Below are positions 57,841 to 64,000 of a stretch of 64,000 nt of DNA, in pieces. The DNA lies in contig NC_043004.1 in NCBI RefSeq assembly GCF_006345805.1, positions 98,022,001 through 98,086,000 of the forward strand, read 5' to 3'. The position numbers and the translations under genes are program-made. Each line of letters opens with the position of its first letter. Within the stretch, counting starts at the first letter, position 1. A model generated the notes under the pieces. The model did not search any database. It saw only the letters and a program-made list of their open reading frames with translations, and was not told where the DNA came from. The DNA comes from Octopus sinensis (Eukaryota).

Positions 57841-58589
57841 AAAAAATGTATGATAGATTGCAGTCAATTCATTCTCTCTTACCTGTTTGTGTCTGCCTTC
57901 CAAATGCTGTTTTTACTGAGATCTCCTTTTTTAGTAGAAGAAATAGCTATAAACCTTTGACTGCTATTTCTAAATTCGGTATGTGTAAGGCAACTCGTTG
58001 CTAAACCCTTATTGCTTAGTATTACTATATATATATATATATTATATATATATATAATATATATATGCGTATATATATATTTGTATGTACATACGTTGTA
58101 TGTGTGTGTGTATGTATATATATATATGTGTGTATGTATATATGGGTTTGCGTATGCATGTATGTATGTGCGTATAAATTTACTTTAGTAAATGATGACA
58201 TAAATGTGGAATAAAAGTAGGAACAAGAAATGTAAAATTATTCCGACAACTTCTAGTTATATAAATTTAGATTGTCATGTCTTTATATATGATGTAAATA
58301 GCTAAATAAGTTCATATAATCTAGACCTGAAGAGTGACAATATAATCGTTTTAATATGGTATAATAATTTGAGGCCTTTTATCGAGGAATATCGAGGAAT
58401 TTGTTTTCATGAATCGTGCGTAGTCTATGTAATGTAAATATATGCTTTGGAATAAGAATTTAATGTATTAATTTTGATAATTTTAACATTTAGTCCAATA
58501 TGTACATATCGTGGATAATATCGTTCAATGATGATTGAGTTGCTTGAGAGTCATTATGCCTCTTAAACCTATATATATATATATAATTT

Positions 58590-58635
<46 letters not shown>

Positions 58636-58903
58636 GAAGGGTGAAATTAATTAATTTGGAAAAATTATCAATTACACCAAGTAGTCTTCGGCATGTAAAA
58701 GCCTCATTCGAGGAAAATTTAAGTAATACTAAGCAATAAGGTTTTGCACGAGTTGCCTTACCACATACCGAATTTAGAAATAGCAGTCAAAGGGTTATAG
58801 CTATTCTCTTACTAAAAGGGAGATCTCAGTAAAAACAGCATTTGGAAGGCAGACACAAACAGGTAAGAGAGAATGAATTGACTGCAATCTATCATACATT
58901 TTT

Positions 58904-59022
58904 TAGTATCCACGGACGTACGTTTCGAAATCAAGTTTTTTAGGAAAGCATAGGAATTAAATATTAAATATTAAATAATTCTATCTTACCGAAACTTCTT
59001 TTCTCTTCAGCGTAGAATACTA
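58904..59022 (-). ncRNA. Type I hammerhead ribozyme (duplicate)
   Basis: Cleavage site between 58915 and 58914. Confidence 0.78.
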
Positions 59023-59711
59023 TAATCATAAATGATTATATATTGAATTTTGAGATACCAGAAGGCACCAACTCAACTCAGTATCAGAGCGAGCTAGAAT
59101 CCGCAACTGGTATCACCGAATTCAATTTGTGAATGAAACGATTGTGTCAACAGCCCCTCCCACCCGCGTGTAGCCAAAACAAGATGCTGTGGTCATCTAC
59201 TGAGATAAAATATGGTTATCCGTAATAATGAAGGTTGAAATTAATTAATTTGGAAAAATTATCAATTACACCAAGTAGTCTTCGGCATGTAAAAGCCTCA
59301 TTCGAGGAAAATTTAAGTAATACTAAGCAATAAGGGTTAGCAACGAGTTGCCTTACCACATACCGAATTTAGAAATAGCAGTCAAAGGGTTATAGCTATT
59401 TCTTCTACTAAAAAGGGAGATCTCAGTAAAAACAGCATTTGAAGGCAGACACAAACAGGTAAGAGAGAATGAATTGACTGCAATCTATCATACATTTTTT
59501 TAGTTATCCACGGATAACCATATTTTATCTCAGTAGATGACCACAGCATCTTGTTTTGGCTACACGCGGGTGGGAAGGGGCTGTTGACACAATCGTTTCA
59601 TTCACAAATTGAATTCGGTGATACCAGTTGCGGATTCTAGCTCGCTCTGATACTGAGTTGAGTTGGTGCCTTCTGGTATCTCAAAATTCAATATATAATC
59701 ATTTATGATTA

Positions 59712-59831
59712 TAGTATTCTACGCTGAAGAGAAAAGAAGTTTCGGTAAGATAGAATTATTTAATATTTAATATTTAATTCCTATGCTTTCCTAAAAAACT
59801 TGATTTCGAAACGTACGTCCGTGGATAACTA
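59712..59831 (+). ncRNA. Type I hammerhead ribozyme (duplicate)
   Basis: CUGAAGA 59724-30; stem II GAAAAGAAGUUU/AAACUUGAUUUC; GAAA 59808-11; GUC^ after 59819. Confidence 0.82.
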
Positions 59832-60018
59832 AAAAAATGTATGATAGATTGCAGTCAATTCATTCTCTCTTACCTGTTTGTGTCTGCCTTCCAAATGCTG
59901 TTTTTACTGAGATCTCCCTTTTTAGTAGAAGAAATAGCTATAACCCTTTGACTGCTATTTCTAAATTCGGTATGTGGTAAGGCAACTCGTTGCTAAACCC
60001 TTATTGCTTAGTATTACT

Positions 60019-60063
<45 letters not shown>

Positions 60064-60120
60064 TATGTAGTTTGTATGCATGTTCGTATGTATTTATATT
60101 TGTATGTATGAATGTTTGCA

Positions 60121-60289
60121 TATACGCCGGTCTACTATTCATTCCGTGTACCAAATCCACTCAAAAGGCTTTGGCCGGCCTGAAGCTATAATTGTAGAGA
60201 GTTGCCCAAGGTACCATGCAAGTTAGCCTGAACTTAGAACTGTGTGGTTGGGAAGCAAGCGACTTATCACACAGTCACTCCTGCGCCTA
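60121..60289 (-). mobile_element. SINE family B head half
   Basis: AAATCCACTCA..GGCTTTGG..TGCCCAAGGT..CACTCCTGCGCCTA. Confidence 0.75.
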
Positions 60290-60439
60290 TCTTGAATGAA
60301 AATATTGATTATTGTTTTTATTTTGATATATAGACCTTAGAGTCTATACGCATTCTATTCATTATTTGATCCCAAATTACCTTATATACTATGATTATCT
60401 AGCAGCTAGATTGTCAGTTTGTAAAGAATTTGGAAGAAA

Positions 60440-60850
60440 AAATCTTCCTGAAAAATGGGAAGAATCTCAATGGTGAGTATCATGATCGCCAGCAGAAAGA
60501 AATCCAAATTTGAAAGGAAAATGATAGTTATACACTGCATGACAGCAAATTTTAAATAGCTCTAATCTGAATTTGAGTCTTAAGGCACATTTGATATGTT
60601 GACCAAGTAATAAGAAATACTAATATTTCCAAGAATATCCTGTTGTGATCTTTTATAAGAAAACAAAGCCATTGCAAATGAAAACCACAGACACCAGAAA
60701 CTTTACGGAGAACATATATCAGAATATCATGGTTGACAGCATGAAAAGCAGATGAAAGATCAGTCAATCAATGCAAGCACTCCTCTCCATGTTGTCAATA
60801 GCAACTGTTAAACATGTCGTAATTTTAGATCTTTCAACACCAGATTGCTG
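60440..60850 (-). pseudogene. L2/CR1-type reverse transcriptase fragment
   Basis: DLSSAFHAVNHDILIYVLRKVSGVCGFHLQWL (cf. DLSxAFDTVxHxILLxxL..GxxGxxLxW). Confidence 0.6.
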
Positions 60851-61116
60851 TTATAATGGACATGTATGTATGTATGATGTATGTGCATGTATGTATGTAT
60901 GTATGTATGTATGCATTTATGTATGTGTGTATGTATGTATGCATGCAAGTATGAATGGGTGTGTGTGTGTGTTTGTGCAAGTGTGTATTGATGTGGATGT
61001 GCATGTTTGTGTATGTAGCCATGTATGGGCGCAGGAATATCTGTATGGTGAAGGGTGTTTACATGTCATGTGATTTCATGCTAAATGTCAATGCGAGCCA
61101 CGTTCGGCAAGTATCT

Positions 61117-61354
61117 TATTTCTTTACTGCCCGCAAGGGGCTGAACATAGAGGAGACAAACAAGGGCATACAAAGAGATTAAGTCGATTACATCGACCCC
61201 CCCCCCAGAGCGTAAGTGGTACTTATTTAATCGACCACGAAAGGATGAAAGGCTAAGTCGACCTCGGTGGAATTTGAACACAGAACGTAGCGGCAGGTGA
61301 ACTACCACTAAGCATTTCGTCCGAGGTGCTAACGTTTCTGCCAGCTCGCCGCCT
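61117..61354 (-). mobile_element. SINE family A
   Basis: Complete head, core and tail in reverse complement. Confidence 0.85.
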
Positions 61355-61356
61355 TT

Positions 61357-61442
61357 TCGGCAAGCATCTTTTACTATAGCTGCGGTCAAAGCAAAGCCTC
61401 GCGAGTGGATCGGGTTGACGGAAACCGAAAAGAAACTCGTCA
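61357..61442 (+). mobile_element. SINE family B core fragment
   Basis: GGCAAGCATCTTTTACTATAGC..AAAGCCT..GAGTGGAT..GACGGAAAC. Confidence 0.6.
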
Positions 61443-62709
61443 ATTATGTGTATACCCAAACATACAAAATTATATGCACATAAGTATGTATATGTGCGTG
61501 TACTTGTGAGTGTGTGTGTGTGTATGTGTGTGTGTATGTGTGTATGTGTGCATGTGTGTGTGTGTGTTTTTGTGTATTAGGTATTTGTGCCTCGCTTACG
61601 TGACGTCGCATAAGAGTTGTAAAAGGGGCCTCAAGTAGTGAAATCATTCGTGTAAACATGTGTAATTACGGGGATATTACGTTTCTTAGAAACACATGAG
61701 GCTCGTTGAGAAGAAGAGCGTTCAACTGCAGAAAATCTGCTTCAACGTATTCCGCCTGCTTCATGCAAGTTTTGAAAAGTGGACGTTAAAACAATAATGA
61801 AGTAGCAAATTAAAAGAATGATGATACTATCACATTTCTCATCCGGTTGCGATATTTTGAATAACAAATGGGGTAGATAAATCATTCAACATGATGGAAG
61901 AAATATAAATAATGATTGCGAATACTTGATGAGGTCCTTTAATTGTGCGTTTCTCTTATTCTATTCTTCAGTCTTTCTATTCATAATCCTCTTACGTTTT
62001 TCAATCTCCTTCTCTCTCCTTCGCTTCTTTCATCTCTGTCTTATCATCCTTGCTTCTTTGATGTCATTCTTGGCACGCTCATTCCCACTAATTAATGCCT
62101 CTTTGAATACATTCCTCCTTACTCAGACAAACTATTACGTTATCCATCATTTATCTCTCCTATGGAAATTGGCCTTGGTGTTACGATCGACTTCATCTCC
62201 TAGCGTACATGCCTTTCTGTCTTTTATTTTACTTTATTCCGTGCATTTTTCTTGACATGCCACTCTGGTTACTTTTCACTGCGACAATATAAGACCTTCC
62301 CACAATTTTCATATATTAAGCCTGGCTTCTATACGTACTTGTGTAAGTCTTTTAAATCGTTCGAAAGTCTTGTCTAAATGAGGAATTTGGATTTCGTTTA
62401 AAATTGCATGATGGTGCATAGCCATTGATTATATTTCTTCCAATATGTTAAATATCTACACCACATAATATTGAAACGATCGTAACCAGATAACTTGATG
62501 CACGTATTTCCATATATTTACTTGTTTAATATTATATTCCGCGGCGAATGTAAAGTTCCTGGATTCTCAGTTTGTGTTGAGTTTATTCGTATAACACGAT
62601 TTATTTCCCCTTTTAAAGTGAATTCGCATAGGCTTTACTGAAGCAATCTTCCTGATTTTACTTAACGCCCTATACATTGTGTAGTACAAATGTGTAAGTG
62701 TGTGTGTAT

Positions 62710-62711
62710 AA

Positions 62712-62784
<73 letters not shown>

Positions 62785-62785
62785 G
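62710..62785. repeat. (GA)n/(GAAA)n microsatellite
   Basis: Directly visible. Confidence 0.95.
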
Positions 62786-63632
62786 AGGTAAATAGATATG
62801 TTTAGAGAGACATAAAGACAGATTTAATAGAAAGAAAGAAATTTGCGCAACTGGAATTTATTTTTTAATTTTGTCACAGACAAACGTATCACATTTTAGT
62901 GTACAGTACCTAAGTACATGTAAACAGGAACTGAGAGAGAACTGATGCAACTTTTTAAGGGAAAACTCTCCAAACCGAGTTTAAGGTGACATGACAGTGT
63001 TGCAGTCTCTAGCAGTCACCAAGTATCCACTTGCTTCTAGAAGTATATACATTAATTCATAGATACAGAAAACATAACCATTCATAAATGAACAAAGCTA
63101 ACATAGTCTGGTATGAAAGCTTTGCTAATATCCATGTTTTACTTCAGAACATTCATAAATATTACGCCGCTTAATCGCCTCTTAACTGAAAATGAATTCA
63201 TCGAAGCAACTAAATCTCTCTCTCTCACTCTCTCTCTCTCTCTCTCTCAGACATACATGCGTATACTTGTATATATGTATATATTTATTTATGTATCTAT
63301 ATATGTTATATATGTATATATCGTTTCTATTATGTTAAACTGTGGTGTGTCCAGATTTGTGCAAATTCGTTTTTTTTTTTTCAGTATTTACTTTTGCTTC
63401 CAATAGCCGGTTCTTTTGGTCGAACCATTGTATCTGTAGCTGTAGTGCAAGGGTGTGACTATGGAATAGTGAAACTGCTTTTGCGTTTTCTGAAAAAGCA
63501 ATGTTTTGGATTTACGACACTTCTGTATAATAGCAACAACATATATATATATATATGTAAATATATATATACACACATATACACCACATATATATATATA
63601 TATTATATAATATATATATTATATATATATAT

Positions 63633-63817
63633 GTAACGGGTACGTTTACGAAAATAAACAAAAGACGAAGGCAGGTGGAGTACAAACAAACAAATGTATT
63701 AGTATAGCGCTCAGGAATAGAAATAGAAAAAGTATTTTACGTTTCGAGCCTACGCTCTTCGACAGAAATATACACAGAAAAAAACCAAGGAGAGAAACAA
63801 ATGCGTGTAGGAGCTAA

Positions 63818-63820
<3 letters not shown>
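63633..63820 (-). mobile_element. (TA)n-embedded Penelope-like terminal-repeat fragment
   Basis: 188-bp unique island between TA tracts, containing a hammerhead-like motif. Confidence 0.55.
63733..63770 (-). ncRNA. Variant minimal hammerhead ribozyme
   Basis: UAUUU-CUGUCGA-A-GAGC GUAG GCUC-GAA-ACGU-A^AAAUA. Stems I and II are perfect and stem III is a loopless palindrome, but the core has A6->U and one extra A. Confidence 0.5.
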
Positions 63821-63880
<60 letters not shown>

Positions 63881-64000
63881 CATATATATATGTATATATA
63901 TATACATATATATATATGTTGTATATATATTATATATATAATCGTGTGTATGTATGTATATATGTATATGTATATATATGCATATACATATATGACTATA

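Larger units (their letters stand above)
56641..58026. mobile_element. Hammerhead-bearing Penelope-like/retrozyme-like module: full unit + partial tandem unit + inverted unit
   Basis: B1 56641-57234, B2 ~57237-57525 (direct), B3 57521-58026 (inverted); (TA)n on both flanks; no coding remnant seen. Confidence 0.75.
58633..60018. mobile_element. Second copy of the hammerhead module
   Basis: Same B1/B2/B3 layout; inversion junction at 59510-59514. Confidence 0.75.
56060..60020. repeat. ~1.99-kb tandem duplication (2 units)
   Basis: Equivalent landmarks are offset by 1989-1992 bp; differences are mostly single-base indels. Confidence 0.92.

Noticed and set aside
57521-58026. Explaining the inverted segment purely as a sequencing fold-back artefact
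   Set aside because: Not preferred, because the turn maps to the ribozyme cleavage base and jumps ~290 bp via microhomology instead of mirroring in place. It still needs read confirmation.

Overview
AT-rich, microsatellite-dense eukaryotic DNA made up almost entirely of transposable elements and simple repeats. The SINE families and repeat landscape suggest an octopus or other cephalopod (inference, not verified). No host gene can be called with confidence; three weak minus-strand exon candidates lie at 35.5-41.8 kb. Two retroelement systems stand out. (1) R4/Dong-like restriction-endonuclease (RLE) non-LTR retrotransposons: one full-length copy (463-4435) and four fragments from several lineages, all minus-strand and all with the 3' end in (TAA)n tracts, plus a ~550-bp non-coding (TAA)n-embedded element found once fused to an RLE LINE. 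(2) (TA)n-embedded, Penelope-like fold-back elements carrying type I hammerhead ribozymes: twin inverted hammerheads at 12.4 kb, four in a tandem/inverted ~597-nt module at 56.6-60.0 kb, and a variant at 63.7 kb. In the 56.6-60.0 kb module the tandem copy ends and inverts at the predicted self-cleavage site, suggesting a retrozyme-like RNA intermediate. The rest comprises Tigger/pogo, Tc1/mariner, Helitron, CR1/L2 and older DNA-transposon relics, about 20 tRNA-derived SINE copies and two tandem duplications. Frequent single-base homopolymer losses suggest an error-prone long-read consensus, so frameshifts and duplications need read-level confirmation. All folds, translations and coordinates were done by hand.
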